Of a stretch of 64,000 nt of DNA, positions 21,614 through 34,118 are shown in pieces (the stretch's first letter is position 1; every line of letters begins with the position of its first letter). The stretch is from Alphaproteobacteria bacterium (GTDB taxonomy: Bacteria > Pseudomonadota > Alphaproteobacteria > SP197). Under the pieces are notes generated by a model, which worked only from the letters and a program-made list of their open reading frames with translations, made no database searches and was not told the DNA's origin. The DNA lies in contig OZ219920.1 of assembly GCA_964291415.2 (NCBI GenBank), positions 1,216,001 through 1,280,000 of the forward strand. Direction: 5' to 3'. The position numbers and the translations under genes were made by a program.

Positions 21614-22861
21614 ATGCCCTCTCAAAGGACCCCCGGGGTCGAACGTCTCCTCGAGCGTGTGGCCGCGTTCATGGACGAACACGTCTATCCCGCCGAGGCA
21701 CTCTACAAGGAACAGGTGAAGGAGCACGGTTGGACCAAGGCGCCACCCGTCATCGAGGAACTCAAGACGAAGGCGCAAGGCCAGGGACTGTGGAACCTGT
21801 TTCTGCCCGACAGCGAACGGGGTTACGGTCTGTCGAACCGGGACTACGCGCCCCTGTGCGAACTCATGGGACGCAGCCCCATCGCTCCCGAGGCGTTCAA
21901 TTGTTCGGCGCCGGACACCGGAAACATGGAGGTCCTGGAACGATACGGGACCGACGAGCAGAAACGGGAATGGCTCGAACCACTGCTCGCCGGCACCATC
22001 CGCTCAGCCTTTGCCATGACCGAACCCGATGTGGCCTCGTCGGATGCCACAAACATCCGCACGCGCATCGAACGCCGCGGCAACGGGTACCGGGTCCACG
22101 GGCGCAAGTGGTTCATCTCCGGGGCCGGCGATCCGCGCTGCCGCATCCTGATTGTCATGGGAAAGACCGACCCCGATGCCGACCGCCACAGGCAGCAATC
22201 CATGATTCTCGTGCCCATGGATACCCCTGGTGTCAAGGTCATCCGCCCCATGAGAGTCTTCGGCAACGATCACGCACCGCACGGCCACATGGAGGTCGAC
22301 TTCGACGATGTCCAGGTACCGGCGTCGAACCTGCTGCTTGGTGAAGGCCGGGGCTTCGAGATTGCACAGGGCCGCCTCGGGCCCGGCCGCATCCATCACT
22401 GCATGCGATTGATCGGACTCTCGGAACGCTGCCTCGCCATCATGTGCCGCAGGGTCAAGGAGAGGGTCGCGTTCGGCCGGCCTCTGGCAAGCCGTGACAC
22501 CATCCGCGCGGACATTGCCGACAGCAGGATTGAAATCGACATGGCGCGCCATCTGGTGCTTCATGCAGCCGACATGATGGACAGTGTCGGCAACAAGGAG
22601 GCGCGAAGCGAAATCGCGGCCATCAAGGTCGTGGCCCCGAATCTGTGCCAGCGCGTGGCCGACCGCGCCATCCAGGCGCATGGCGCCATGGGCATCTCCC
22701 AGGACACCATCCTGGCAGACGCCTGGATGTACGCCCGCACCGTGCGCTTTGCTGATGGACCCGATGAAGTCCATCGCGCCGCGATCTCAAGGATGGAGCT
22801 CGCAAAACATGATGCGAATGACAATCAATCATTATCCAATGGAATGTATGAAAGTAATTGA
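21614..22861 (+). CDS. Acyl-CoA dehydrogenase (ACAD10/11 / LvaC-like)
   Basis: [41 protein letters not shown] and [10 protein letters not shown]. Confidence 0.92.
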   Translation: MPSQRTPGVERLLERVAAFMDEHVYPAEALYKEQVKEHGWTKAPPVIEELKTKAQGQGLWNLFLPDSERGYGLSNRDYAPLCELMGRSPIAPEAFNCSAPDTGNMEVLERYGTDEQKREWLEPLLAGTIRSAFAMTEPDVASSDATNIRTRIERRGNGYRVHGRKWFISGAGDPRCRILIVMGKTDPDADRHRQQSMILVPMDTPGVKVIRPMRVFGNDHAPHGHMEVDFDDVQVPASNLLLGEGRGFEIAQGRLGPGRIHHCMRLIGLSERCLAIMCRRVKERVAFGRPLASRDTIRADIADSRIEIDMARHLVLHAADMMDSVGNKEARSEIAAIKVVAPNLCQRVADRAIQAHGAMGISQDTILADAWMYARTVRFADGPDEVHRAAISRMELAKHDANDNQSLSNGMYESN

Positions 22862-22929
22862 AATAGATTGCAGATGTGTTCCGGTCTCGTGCAGTGTCAC
22901 GGTCCGGCAGGAATTCACGGGGGAAGAGC

Positions 22930-25036
22930 ATGTCACTGGTTGATTACGAACGGCGCGGGAGCGTTGCTGTTCTCATCGTCAACAATCCGCCGGTCAACGC
23001 CATGAGCCCGGGAGTGCCCCGTGGCATCTGTGAAGGCATCGCCCGCGCGTCGCGTGACCGGGACGTCGGCGCCGTTGTCCTTGTTGGCGCCGGTCGCGGG
23101 TTCATCGCAGGAGCCGATATCCGGTACTTCTCGTTGCCCTGGCCCGAGGGCGAAGAGAACTTTTCCGATGTGATTCGCGCGTTCGAGCACAGTTCCAAAC
23201 CGGTTGTCGCCGCCATTCACGGCCATGCCCTGGGTGGCGGACTGGAGGTCGCGATGGCCTGTCACTACCGGGTCATTTCGCCTGGCACGCGGGTCGGCCA
23301 GCCCGAGGTCAAGCTCGGGTTCCCGCCAGGCGCCGGCGGCACACAGCGACTCCCCCGCCTTGCCGGAGTGGCGGCAGCGCTCGACATGATCGTTTCCGGC
23401 TCTCCGGTCACGGCGCCGCGAGCCGTGGAACTCGGCATCGCCGACAGCCTGATCGAGGACGACCTCGTGGAAGGCGCCTGCCGTTTCGCCGAACAAACGG
23501 CGAATTCCGGTGGCCCCCACCGGCTCGCGCGGGATCTTCCGGTCAACCTCGATGACCCTGCCATCTTTGACGCGATGCGCAGGAAGATTGCCCGCCGCGC
23601 GCGCGGCATGCGCGCGCCCTATGCCTGTATCGAGTGCGTCGAAGCGGCCGTGAACCTCGATTTCGACGCCGGCATCGCAGAGGAACGCCGTATCTTCGAA
23701 TCATGCGTGCACTCCGACGAATCGAAAGCACTGCGCCATGTGTTCTTCGCCGAGAGGGCAGCCGGCAAGATTCCCGGGATCGACAAGGGCACCTCCTTGC
23801 GCGAGATTGCTTCGGCAGGCGTCGTCGGTGCCGGCACCATGGGGGGCGGCATCGCCATGAACTTCGCCAATGCCGGCATCCCCGTCACCATTGTCGAACG
23901 CAATGCCGAGGTTCTCGAAGGCGGCATGGCAGTCATCTCGCGCAACTACGCGGCCAGCGTGTCGAGAGGGCGGATGAGTCAGGCGGCTCACGACCGCGCC
24001 ATGGCCCTCATGACGCCTTCCATCACCATGGAGGATCTCGCTGACGCCGACATCATCATCGAAGCCGTGTTCGAGGAGATGGCGGTCAAGAGGGCGGTCT
24101 TCGCCGAGATCGACCGGGTGGCACGGCCCGACGCCATTCTCACGTCCAACACCTCCTATCTCAATGTCGATGACATCGCCGCTGCCATGCCCGACCGCCA
24201 CGGCCATGTCCTGGGCACGCACTTCTTCAGCCCGGCCAACGTCATGCGCCTGCTTGAGGTCGTGCGCACCGCCAATGTCTCGGCGGAGAACCTCGCCACC
24301 GTCATGGCCCTGGCACGCCGGATGGGCAAGCTTCCGATTGTTGCCGGTGTCTGCCACGGGTTCATCGGCAACCGCATGCTCGAAGGATACTTCGGCGAAG
24401 CCTCGCTCATGGTCGAGGAGGGCATTGCGCCCGAGCGCATCGACCGCGTGATGTTCGAATTCGGAATGGCCATGGGACCGCTTGCGGTCATGGATCTTGC
24501 CGGGCTCGATGTCGGCTGGAGCAAGCGCAAGGACGCCGGTGGCGGCACCGCCACCGAACGCCGCGGTTCCTGGATCGCCAACCGTCTGTGCGAACAGGGA
24601 CGTTTCGGGCAGAAGACCGGACGGGGCTATTACATCTACGAGCAAGGCAGCCGCACGCCGACTCCGGATCCGGAGATCAATGACCTGATGGAGGCCGCCC
24701 GCCGTCACTTCGGTCTCGGGCCCCCTGACCTTTCGGATGCGCAGATTCTCGAGCGGTGCCTTTACCCCTTGGTCAACATCGGCGCTGCCATTCTCGCCGA
24801 AGGGCATGCCCTGAGGGCCAGCGACATCGATCTTGTCTACATCAACGGATACGGGTTCCCCGCCTGGAGAGGTGGACCGATGCACTGGGCCGGCAATGTC
24901 GGTCTCGATCGCATCCACGAGGCAGTCTGCCGCTACCACAGGGAACTCGGCTTCCCGCAGTGGACACCATCATCACTTCTGAAGGAACTCGCTTCCTCCG
25001 GCCGCACATTCGAAGATCATGACAGGGACCATCGCC

Positions 25037-25044
<8 letters not shown>
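22930..25044 (+). CDS. Enoyl-CoA hydratase / 3-hydroxyacyl-CoA dehydrogenase (PimF/FadJ-like)
   Basis: [39 protein letters not shown] and GFIGNRM. Confidence 0.92.
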
Positions 25045-26221
<1,177 letters not shown>

Positions 26222-26231
26222 ACACCTGGCG

Positions 26232-27293
26232 ATGACGTTCCATGATCCCGAGACCATGGAGGTCCGGCCGGAGGAACGGCTCGACCTGAAACGTCTCGAA
26301 CCCTGGTTGCGTGACAACCTCGAGGGAGCAGCCGGGCCGCTCGCCGTTCGCCAGTTTGGTGGCGGTCACGCCAATCTGACCTATCTCCTCGACTTCGCCG
26401 GGCGGCAGTACGTGCTGAGGCGTCCGCCGTTGGGGCCGGTTGCGCCGTCTGCCCATGACATGCGCCGGGAGCATCGCATTCTCTCACGCCTGTGGCGGGC
26501 GTGGGATCTGGCGCCACGAAGCTACGTCCTGTGCACCGACGCCGCCATTCTGGGCTCCGACTTCCATGTCATGGAACGCCGCCACGGTCTGGTGCTGCGA
26601 GCCACCAATCCTCACATCACTGACGGCAAGCCTGAGGTCTGCCGACGCATTGGCGTGATGGTCGCCGAGGTTCTTGCCAGCCTGCACGAAATTGACGCCG
26701 ATGCGGTCGGTCTCGGTGATCTCGGTCGGCCTGATGGATTCGTGAACCGTCAGGTCGAGGGCTGGGCCGAACGGTGGGAGGCCGCGCTTGATGATACGTC
26801 TCCGGACGCTTCCGCATTGGTCCGCTGGATTCGCGAGGAACGGCCGGCCTCCGGCGCGGCGACGCTGGTCCACAACGATTTCAAGCTGGACAATATCCTG
26901 GTGGCACGGGACGACGTGGCGAGGGCGACGGCGGTCCTCGACTGGGACATGTGCACGCGGGGAGACCCCCTGCTCGATCTGGCCAATCTCGTGGCCTATT
27001 GGTCCGAGGAAAACGACAGCGCAACATGGCGACAGGCGGTCTGGATGCCCACCGACAAACAGGGTTTCCCGACACGCGCCGAACTGGTCGATCTCTATGC
27101 CGGTCTCACCGGATTCGATGTCTCGCGGTTTGCCTGGTACGAGGTCTTCGTCACCTTCAAGATCGCTGTCATCATCCAGCAGATCTACATCCGTTACCTG
27201 AGGGGTCAGACAAGCGATGAGCGCTTTGCCATCATGGGTGACCGGGTAGAGGCGCTGATTGCCAAGTGCGAGGAACTGACGGTACGTCAGTGA
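26232..27293 (+). CDS. APH-family phosphotransferase (ACAD10/11 N-terminal / LvaA-like)
   Basis: FGGGHANLTY, VLRRPP, AHDMRRE, VHNDFKLDN, VLDWD and GDPLLDL. Confidence 0.88.
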   Translation: MTFHDPETMEVRPEERLDLKRLEPWLRDNLEGAAGPLAVRQFGGGHANLTYLLDFAGRQYVLRRPPLGPVAPSAHDMRREHRILSRLWRAWDLAPRSYVLCTDAAILGSDFHVMERRHGLVLRATNPHITDGKPEVCRRIGVMVAEVLASLHEIDADAVGLGDLGRPDGFVNRQVEGWAERWEAALDDTSPDASALVRWIREERPASGAATLVHNDFKLDNILVARDDVARATAVLDWDMCTRGDPLLDLANLVAYWSEENDSATWRQAVWMPTDKQGFPTRAELVDLYAGLTGFDVSRFAWYEVFVTFKIAVIIQQIYIRYLRGQTSDERFAIMGDRVEALIAKCEELTVRQ

Positions 27294-27778
27294 CCAAACA
27301 TGCGCCGCAAACCAAAGTGTTGCTGGCGTTTTTCCATGAATCTCTGATGATAGTCCTCGGCCATCCAGAACGTATCGGCATCGCAGATTTCGGTGACGAT
27401 CCTGCGTCCGTCACGGCGCTGGGACTGCTGCTCTTCGCGTGAAGCAAGAGCAGCTTCGCGCTGATCATTGTCGTGAACGAAGATTGCCGAACGGTACTGG
27501 GTGCCGATGTCCGGTCCCTGCCTGTTGGCCGTGGTGGGATCGTGCATGGCCCAGAAGTGGGACAGCAACTCTCGGTAGCTCACGACATCGGGATCGAACG
27601 TGACCAGAACGGCCTCCGCGTGGCCTGTACTCCCCGTGCACACCTCGTGATAGGTCGGGTGTTCCAGGTAGCCGCCCGTGTAACCGACGACAGCATCACG
27701 GACACCCTCGATCTCCCTGAACCGGACTTCAGGTCCCCAGAAACATCCGGCGGCAAACGTTGCTTTCAATTCAGCCAT
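27287..27778 (-). CDS. msrA: Peptide-methionine (S)-S-oxide reductase
   Basis: FAAGCFWG, TGHAEAV, RQGPDIGTQYRS and AEDYHQ. Confidence 0.95.
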   Translation of the reverse strand: MAELKATFAAGCFWGPEVRFREIEGVRDAVVGYTGGYLEHPTYHEVCTGSTGHAEAVLVTFDPDVVSYRELLSHFWAMHDPTTANRQGPDIGTQYRSAIFVHDNDQREAALASREEQQSQRRDGRRIVTEICDADTFWMAEDYHQRFMEKRQQHFGLRRMFGH

Positions 27779-27793
27779 GTCGGCGGCCTCCCC

Positions 27794-28564
27794 TTACAGT
27801 CCCGCGGCGATGGTGGCGCCGCCATCCACCACGATCGTCTGGCCGGTAATGTAGCGTCCGGCGTCCGAAGCAAGGAACACCGCCGTACCGGCCATGTCAT
27901 CGGGCTCGCCGATGCGCCTCATGGGATAGTGCTCTTCGACCATGGCCAATCGTTCGGGATTCTCCCACAGCGCCTTCGCAAAGTCCGTGCGCACAAGACC
28001 AGGGGCGATGGTGTTGACCCGAACGCCGTGTTCTCCCCAGGTCACCGCGAGATTGCGCGCCATGGCGATGACGGCTGCCTTCGAAATGCCGTAGGTGCCG
28101 ATGTCGTCGGTTCCCTTGATGCCGGCGATCGATGAAACGTAGATGATGGTTCCGTCACCGCGTTCGGCCATGCCGGGGAGGACCAGTCGCGCGAGCCACA
28201 GGTTGGCCCTGACGTTGCAGTTGATGATCTTCTCGAAAGCGCTCTCGCCGATAGTGGTCATCGGGCCATAGTGCGGATTGACCGCGGCATTGCCGACGAG
28301 GCAGTCGATCCGGTCGAACACGTCGATTGACGTTGCCACCAGGTGTTCCAGCTGGTCGATGTGGGTGACATTGCAGGCCACTGCGGCTGCCTCCCCGCCA
28401 GCCTCGCGAATCGTCCGGGCCACCTCTTCGCACGCGTCAAGCTTGCGGCTGGACACCACGATACGGGCGCCGGCGTCGGCCATGCGCAGAGCCATCGCGC
28501 GGCCGATACCCCTCGATGCGCCGGTGATGACAACCACCTTCCCCGTCAGGTCAAAGAGTCCCAT
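27794..28564 (-). CDS. Short-chain dehydrogenase/reductase
   Basis: TGASRGIG, YGISK, RVNTIAPG and ITGQTIVVDGG. Confidence 0.92.
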   Translation of the reverse strand: MGLFDLTGKVVVITGASRGIGRAMALRMADAGARIVVSSRKLDACEEVARTIREAGGEAAAVACNVTHIDQLEHLVATSIDVFDRIDCLVGNAAVNPHYGPMTTIGESAFEKIINCNVRANLWLARLVLPGMAERGDGTIIYVSSIAGIKGTDDIGTYGISKAAVIAMARNLAVTWGEHGVRVNTIAPGLVRTDFAKALWENPERLAMVEEHYPMRRIGEPDDMAGTAVFLASDAGRYITGQTIVVDGGATIAAGL

Positions 28565-28652
28565 CGCCCTCTCTCCCGTCGTTGCGCATCGTTGCCACGC
28601 CATACTAGATTGTCCACTCAAATCCGTGGTCAGGAATGGGGATACCGGACGC

Positions 28653-29834
28653 ATGCAGATGACGTTTACAGCCGCCGATGAGGCCTTTCGCGATGAACTC
28701 CGGGACTTCATCGGGCGGGAATGCGACCCGCGCTCGCGCGAGCGCGTGGAGAAAGGCCTTGGCATCGGCAAGGAGGACTATGTCGACTGGCACCGCAAAC
28801 TCGCCACGAAGGGCTGGTCCTGTCCTCATTGGCCGGTCGAACATGGCGGTTGCGACTGGACGCCCGTGCGTCACTACATCTTCGAAGCGGAAACCGGCGA
28901 GGCCTGTTGCCCGCCACCAGTGCCGTTCGGTCCCGAAATGGTCGCGCCGGTGGTCTGGACCTTCGGCACACCGGAACAGCAGCGACAGCACCTGCCCCCC
29001 ATCCTGGCCGGCGACCTGTGGTGGGCCCAGGGTTACTCCGAACCCAATTCCGGCTCGGATCTCGCCAGCCTGAAGACCGCGGCTCGTCTCGACGGCGACC
29101 ACTACGTTGTCAATGGCATCAAGACCTGGACGACAATGGCCCATTATGCCGACTGGATCTTCCTCCTGGTACGCACCTCGAGCAAAGGCAAGAAACAGGA
29201 GGGAATCACATTCCTCCTTGTCGACATGACGTCGCCCGGGATCACCATCCACCCGATCATCACCATGGAAGGCGGCCACGAAGTGAATCAGGTGGTTTTC
29301 GATGACGTCCGCGTTCCAGTCGCCAACCGCATCGGCGAGGAAAACCGTGGTTGGACCTATGCCAAGTTCCTTCTCGGCTACGAGCGCTTCAACATGGCAG
29401 GCATTCCCCAGGCCAAACGCCAGATGAAGCGCCTGCGTCACATCGCCGGAGACCAGGGCATCGACAGCGATCCGGGGTTCCGGGCGAGGATGGCCGACGC
29501 CGAGATCCAGATCATGGCTCTTGAATCGACGATGCTGAGATTGCTGTCGTCCGTCGCCGCAGGCAAGGACCCCGGCAATGAATCCTCCTACATCAAGATC
29601 CGTGGCACCGAGATCGATCAGCTGATGACCGAACTCGCCATGGAGGCTGCCGGCCCCTACGTGCTGCCCTACGCGCCGCGGGCCCTCGAGGAGGGCTGGA
29701 ACGAGGAACCGCTGGGGCCTGACTATGCAGCACCCGTTGCACCCGACTACTTCAATACCCGCAAGGTGACGATCTACGGCGGATCCAACGAGATCCAGAA
29801 GAACATCATCGCCAAGCACGTACTGGGGCTCTAG
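28653..29834 (+). CDS. pimC: Acyl-CoA dehydrogenase, pimeloyl-CoA dehydrogenase large-subunit type
   Basis: WAQGYSEPNSGSDLASL, KKQEGITFLL, GWTYAKFLLGYER and IYGGSNEIQKNIIAK. Confidence 0.8.
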   Translation: MQMTFTAADEAFRDELRDFIGRECDPRSRERVEKGLGIGKEDYVDWHRKLATKGWSCPHWPVEHGGCDWTPVRHYIFEAETGEACCPPPVPFGPEMVAPVVWTFGTPEQQRQHLPPILAGDLWWAQGYSEPNSGSDLASLKTAARLDGDHYVVNGIKTWTTMAHYADWIFLLVRTSSKGKKQEGITFLLVDMTSPGITIHPIITMEGGHEVNQVVFDDVRVPVANRIGEENRGWTYAKFLLGYERFNMAGIPQAKRQMKRLRHIAGDQGIDSDPGFRARMADAEIQIMALESTMLRLLSSVAAGKDPGNESSYIKIRGTEIDQLMTELAMEAAGPYVLPYAPRALEEGWNEEPLGPDYAAPVAPDYFNTRKVTIYGGSNEIQKNIIAKHVLGL

Positions 29835-29838
29835 TGAC

Positions 29839-30951
29839 ATGCTGAATCTGGAGCTGAACGAGGGGCAGCTGCTCCTCCGGGAAAGCGTCGATCGATTTGT
29901 CGAGCGTGAGTACGATTTCGAACGTCATCGCGCGTCGGTCGCCGATGACGAAGGGTTCAGCCGCTCGCTGTGGAAGGAGTTTGCCGAACTCGGCTGGCTT
30001 GGCGTCGGCCTTGATTCCGAGTTCGGCGGCGCCCGGGATGTCGCCATCCTGATGGAGGGGCTGGGACGCGGTCTCGTGGTCGAACCGTTTCTCCCCAGCA
30101 TCGTGATGGCAGCAAAGGCCATCGCCATCGCCGGTGGCGGGGATGAGGGCTCCGAGATCATCGCCCGGGCAGCGACCGGTGATCACCTGCTGTCGTTCGC
30201 CTTTACCGAACCGCGCTCGCGCTACCACATCGACCACGTGACCACCCGCGCCACACGATCGGGGGACGGCTGGTCTCTCAACGGTCGCAAGAGCCTTGTC
30301 TTCAACGGTGACACCGCCGACTCGCTCGTGGTGACGGCAAGAACATCGGGCAGCAACCGGGACCGGGGCGGTCTTTCGCTCTTTCTGGTCGACGGTGAAG
30401 GCGATGGCGTTTCCAGGCGCGCTTATCCGACCAACGACAGCAGGCGGGCCGCCGATATCGATTTCCACGATGCTCCAGGCCGTCTGCTCGGCATGGCCGA
30501 TGAAGCCCACGCCGTGATAGCGGAAGTCGTCGACCGTGCCGCCGCGGCCGTCTGTGCCGAATCGCTCGGCCTCATGTCCCGCCTGAACGACCTCACGGTT
30601 GAATACTCGAAGACCCGCGAACAGTTCGATCAGCCGATCGGCCGGTTCCAGGTCCTGCAACATCGCATGGTGGACATGTTCGTGGCACTCGAGGAGTCGC
30701 GCTCAATGACAACCGTCTACATGGGCGATGTCGATGCCACCGATGCCATCGAGCGGCAAAGGGCGGTATCGGCCATGAAAGTGCAGTGCGACAAGGCCGG
30801 ACGCCTGGTCGGTCAGGAAGCGGTGCAACTTCACGGCGGCATCGCCATGACCCAGGACTACGAAGCCGGCCATCACTTCAAGAGACTGAGCGTCATCCAT
30901 CGCCTGTTTGGCGACATCGACTGGCACCTCGATCGCTTCGCCAGCCTCTGA
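29839..30951 (+). CDS. Acyl-CoA dehydrogenase, small-subunit (PimD-like) partner
   Basis: LGRGLVVEP, REQFDQPIGRFQVLQHR and QLHGGIAMT. Starts 4 bp after pimC. Confidence 0.85.
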   Translation: MLNLELNEGQLLLRESVDRFVEREYDFERHRASVADDEGFSRSLWKEFAELGWLGVGLDSEFGGARDVAILMEGLGRGLVVEPFLPSIVMAAKAIAIAGGGDEGSEIIARAATGDHLLSFAFTEPRSRYHIDHVTTRATRSGDGWSLNGRKSLVFNGDTADSLVVTARTSGSNRDRGGLSLFLVDGEGDGVSRRAYPTNDSRRAADIDFHDAPGRLLGMADEAHAVIAEVVDRAAAAVCAESLGLMSRLNDLTVEYSKTREQFDQPIGRFQVLQHRMVDMFVALEESRSMTTVYMGDVDATDAIERQRAVSAMKVQCDKAGRLVGQEAVQLHGGIAMTQDYEAGHHFKRLSVIHRLFGDIDWHLDRFASL

Positions 30952-31009
30952 GGGTGCCCCACGCGAAGCCGGGAGAGTGTCTTTTCGGTCACGTGACGGA
31001 TGGCGATGA

Positions 31010-32206
31010 TCACGTGGCAAGGGCGTGGGCGATGGCCCTGAACGAGCGCTCCATGTCATTGAAGAACTTCTCATCCGCCGGGGCGGGGTGACTCGAGTGG
31101 CGCGCGCAGACGACACCGGCAACCGGGTCGACGAAGAGCATCTGACCGTGGATTCCGATGCCGAAGAATGGCCGGTGGGGATCATTGAGGTCCGTGTACC
31201 ACTTGGAGCGGTAGTGGCATCCCGGCATCATGTCGACGAATGAGCCGCGATCCCATGCGTCGCTGTCGCCATTCTCCCTGAAGTCCCTGATCCACGATTC
31301 AGGAATGATGCGCCGTCCGTCCATGATCCCGTTCTGGAGGTGAAGCTGGCCAAAGCGGGCAAGGTCGCGCGTGGTGACGCACAGGCCGCCGTCAGTTTGT
31401 GGCGCCCCGAGTCGATCGAGCGCGACGTAGGCGTCTTCGCCCGCCCCCATCGGCTGCCAGATTTCGCGGCTGAGCAGCGTGGCAAAGTCCGTTCCCGACA
31501 CCCTCTCCAGGATCCAGCCCAGAAGATCGGTGTTGGTCGACACATAGTGGAAGATCTCTCCATGCGATCCCGCAGGACGCATTGTCGCGATGTAGTCCCG
31601 CAAGTTGTCGGGCGCGCCTTCGATGGCGGGGCGCCAGCCGCATGCCGCATCAAGCTCGGCCATGTCACTTGCGGGATTGTCGTAGTCCTCGTCGTAGTCC
31701 ATGCCCACGGTCATATCGAGCACGTGGCGAACCCGGGCACCGTCGTATGCCGAACCCCTGACTTCGGGAATGATGTCGGTGACGAGATCGTCGGGTGAAA
31801 GGAGACCGCGCTCGACAAGAATTCCGGTGAGCGATCCGGTGAAGGACTTGGTCACCGACATGAGGAGATGCGGCTCATGGGGAGCCACGCCCTCGGCATA
31901 GCGTTCGGTGACAATGACGCCCTGGCAGAGCACCACCAGACCGTCCATGTACCCGGTCTCGATTGTCCTGCCGACGGTTGTCGTGGCTCCTTCGGCATCC
32001 TCGAACTCGATATCGTCGAGCCACACCGCCTCGTGCTGCAGCGGCCGCGCCGCCGCGTCGCCGCGCCAGACATTGCCGGTAGGAAGCATGCGGCGCATGT
32101 TGCGAAACGCCCAGCGGTTGAATGGCCCCTTCTGCATGTTGGCAAGGATGACCTGTTCCCCCGGAGCGGCCGGAAAGGTCCTCATCAGTTTCAGGGATTC
32201 ATTCAT
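31010..32206 (-). CDS. Serine hydrolase (beta-lactamase fold, NylB 6-aminohexanoate-dimer hydrolase-like)
   Basis: HLLMSVTKS (SxxK), FHYVSTNTD, TRDLARFG and GIGIHGQ. Confidence 0.88.
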   Translation of the reverse strand: MNESLKLMRTFPAAPGEQVILANMQKGPFNRWAFRNMRRMLPTGNVWRGDAAARPLQHEAVWLDDIEFEDAEGATTTVGRTIETGYMDGLVVLCQGVIVTERYAEGVAPHEPHLLMSVTKSFTGSLTGILVERGLLSPDDLVTDIIPEVRGSAYDGARVRHVLDMTVGMDYDEDYDNPASDMAELDAACGWRPAIEGAPDNLRDYIATMRPAGSHGEIFHYVSTNTDLLGWILERVSGTDFATLLSREIWQPMGAGEDAYVALDRLGAPQTDGGLCVTTRDLARFGQLHLQNGIMDGRRIIPESWIRDFRENGDSDAWDRGSFVDMMPGCHYRSKWYTDLNDPHRPFFGIGIHGQMLFVDPVAGVVCARHSSHPAPADEKFFNDMERSFRAIAHALAT

Positions 32207-32507
32207 GGCGGGGAAAACTCCAGGTCAGCAGGCCGTTCAACCATGCAGTCGGCAAGACCTCCGCGCAACCGGACGAGGCGGTTCCTGGGCACAGGCTTCT
32301 TGCAGCTCAACATTCTGCAGCGCCTGTTCTTCTGATCGGCATGGCATCAGACGCCCTTCGGGTTCAATCTGCCGGACGTCGACTCAGACTGATTCCCGGC
32401 CTGAACCTGACACACTCTCATGACCGCAGCCCGGTGTTCCGGATGCGATCGCGTATCGTGACGTCACGTCCGTATCTTCCGGGTAGATCGACAGCCGCCG
32501 CTTCGGG

Positions 32508-33527
32508 TCAAGTCGCGGGGTTGTCGCTCACCTGGACGAGCAGTTTGCCGAAATTGCTGCCGTCGAACAGGCGATTGAACGCCGCTGGCGCGTTTTCCAG
32601 CTCCTGCACGATGTCTTCACGCCACACCAGAAGGCCGTCGGCAATCCAGCCGGCCAGTTTGCGGCGCGCCTCGTCGTGTTGCTTGGCAAAGTCCGTCACC
32701 AGAAAACCCTCGATGCGGATACGGCGTACAATGAGCCACCAGAGATGGTCCTCCACCATGTCCTGGCCCATCGCATTGTAGTTCGAGATCGTTCCGCAGA
32801 CCGCCATGCGGCCATGCTCGTTGAGGCTCATGATCGCGGCCCGCGCAATCGGACCGCCGACATTCTCGAAGTTGACATCGATTCCATCGGGACACATGGC
32901 GGCAATGGCCTGCTGCGGATCGGCCGCGTCCCTGTGATTGAAGCAGGCATCAAATCCGCAAGCCTGGAGGCACCAGTCGACCTTGTCGTCGGAACCCGCA
33001 CATCCCGTCACGCGGCACGAGAGAATCTTCGCGATCTGTCCGACTGTGGCGCCGACTGCGCCGGACGCGGCCGACACGAAGACGGTCTCTCCAGCCCTCG
33101 GCCGGCAGACATCGACAAGGCCGTGATAGGCCGTGAGGCCCGGCATGCCCAGCACTCCAAGCGCGGTGCTGACAGGTGCCAGAGAGGGATCAACCTTCCG
33201 GAGAGTGTAGCCATGTGCCAGCACGTGGGACTGCCATCCACCCTGGGTTTCGACAATGTCACCGACGCTGAATGCCTTGTGACGCGAGTCCAGCACCACG
33301 CCAACCGTGCTGCCGATCATCACATCACCGATCTGCATCGGTCCCGCGTAGGACTCGGCATCATCCATCATCCCCCTCATGTAGGGATCGAGGGAGAGAT
33401 AGATGGTACGGGACAGCACCTCGCCCGGACCCGGCTCTCCGGCACTTTCTTCGACGATCCTGAAGTCATCCGGCTTCGGCAATCCATGGGGGCGCCGTGC
33501 CATCACCACCTTGCAGTTCTTCACCAT
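32508..33527 (-). CDS. NADP-dependent oxidoreductase (CurA / prostaglandin reductase-like MDR)
   Basis: LSLDPYMRG, LGMPGLTAY, VSAASGAVG, FENVGG and NFGKL. Confidence 0.92.
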   Translation of the reverse strand: MVKNCKVVMARRPHGLPKPDDFRIVEESAGEPGPGEVLSRTIYLSLDPYMRGMMDDAESYAGPMQIGDVMIGSTVGVVLDSRHKAFSVGDIVETQGGWQSHVLAHGYTLRKVDPSLAPVSTALGVLGMPGLTAYHGLVDVCRPRAGETVFVSAASGAVGATVGQIAKILSCRVTGCAGSDDKVDWCLQACGFDACFNHRDAADPQQAIAAMCPDGIDVNFENVGGPIARAAIMSLNEHGRMAVCGTISNYNAMGQDMVEDHLWWLIVRRIRIEGFLVTDFAKQHDEARRKLAGWIADGLLVWREDIVQELENAPAAFNRLFDGSNFGKLLVQVSDNPAT

Positions 33528-33647
33528 GGGTCGCTCCCTTCCCCGACGTCTCCATCATAGGCCATCCGGGCCCTTTCGAGTCCTGCTTCCTTGTCGTCCA
33601 CGATCGTCCGTGCCACAAGGAAGCGGCTACACTGGGGGTGAACGCGC

Positions 33648-34088
33648 ATGTCCGGAACCATAGTTGCCATAGCACGGCGTGCCGCATCAAGAGCGCCCAT
33701 GGAGGAGATCGACGCAACGACGATCAGCGTTGAGAGCGGGGTCGAAGGCGACCTGCGCGGCGAACCGGGCGACCGACAGGTCACCATCCTGACCCGGGAG
33801 AGTTGGGATGCGGCATGCAGCGAACTGGGAGAACGCCTGCCGTGGACAACGCGACGGTCGAATGTTTTCATTGCCGGTCTTCGTGTCGAGGGCCAGCTCG
33901 GCCGAACCGTTCGGATCGGTGATGTGGAACTCGCCATCACGGGCGAAACCGATCCATGCTCCCGCATGGAAGAACAGGCTGCAGGCCTGCGTCAGGCCCT
34001 CGCCTTGAACTGGCGTGGCGGCGTGACCTGCCGCGTTCTCAAGTCCGGTTCCATCAGGGTGGGTGACAGGGTAGAATTTGCATCGTGA
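33648..34088 (+). CDS. MOSC domain-containing protein
   Basis: GVEGD, RQVT, RRSNV, ETDPCSRM and WRGGV. Confidence 0.88.
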   Translation: MSGTIVAIARRAASRAPMEEIDATTISVESGVEGDLRGEPGDRQVTILTRESWDAACSELGERLPWTTRRSNVFIAGLRVEGQLGRTVRIGDVELAITGETDPCSRMEEQAAGLRQALALNWRGGVTCRVLKSGSIRVGDRVEFAS

Positions 34089-34118
34089 TCTCAACCGTAA
34101 ACGCCGAGGGAGGATGAC

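Noticed and set aside
32269-32310. CCGGACGAGG resembling the 5' end of a guanidine-III riboswitch
   Set aside because: There is no convincing pseudoknot partner and no downstream gene on that strand.
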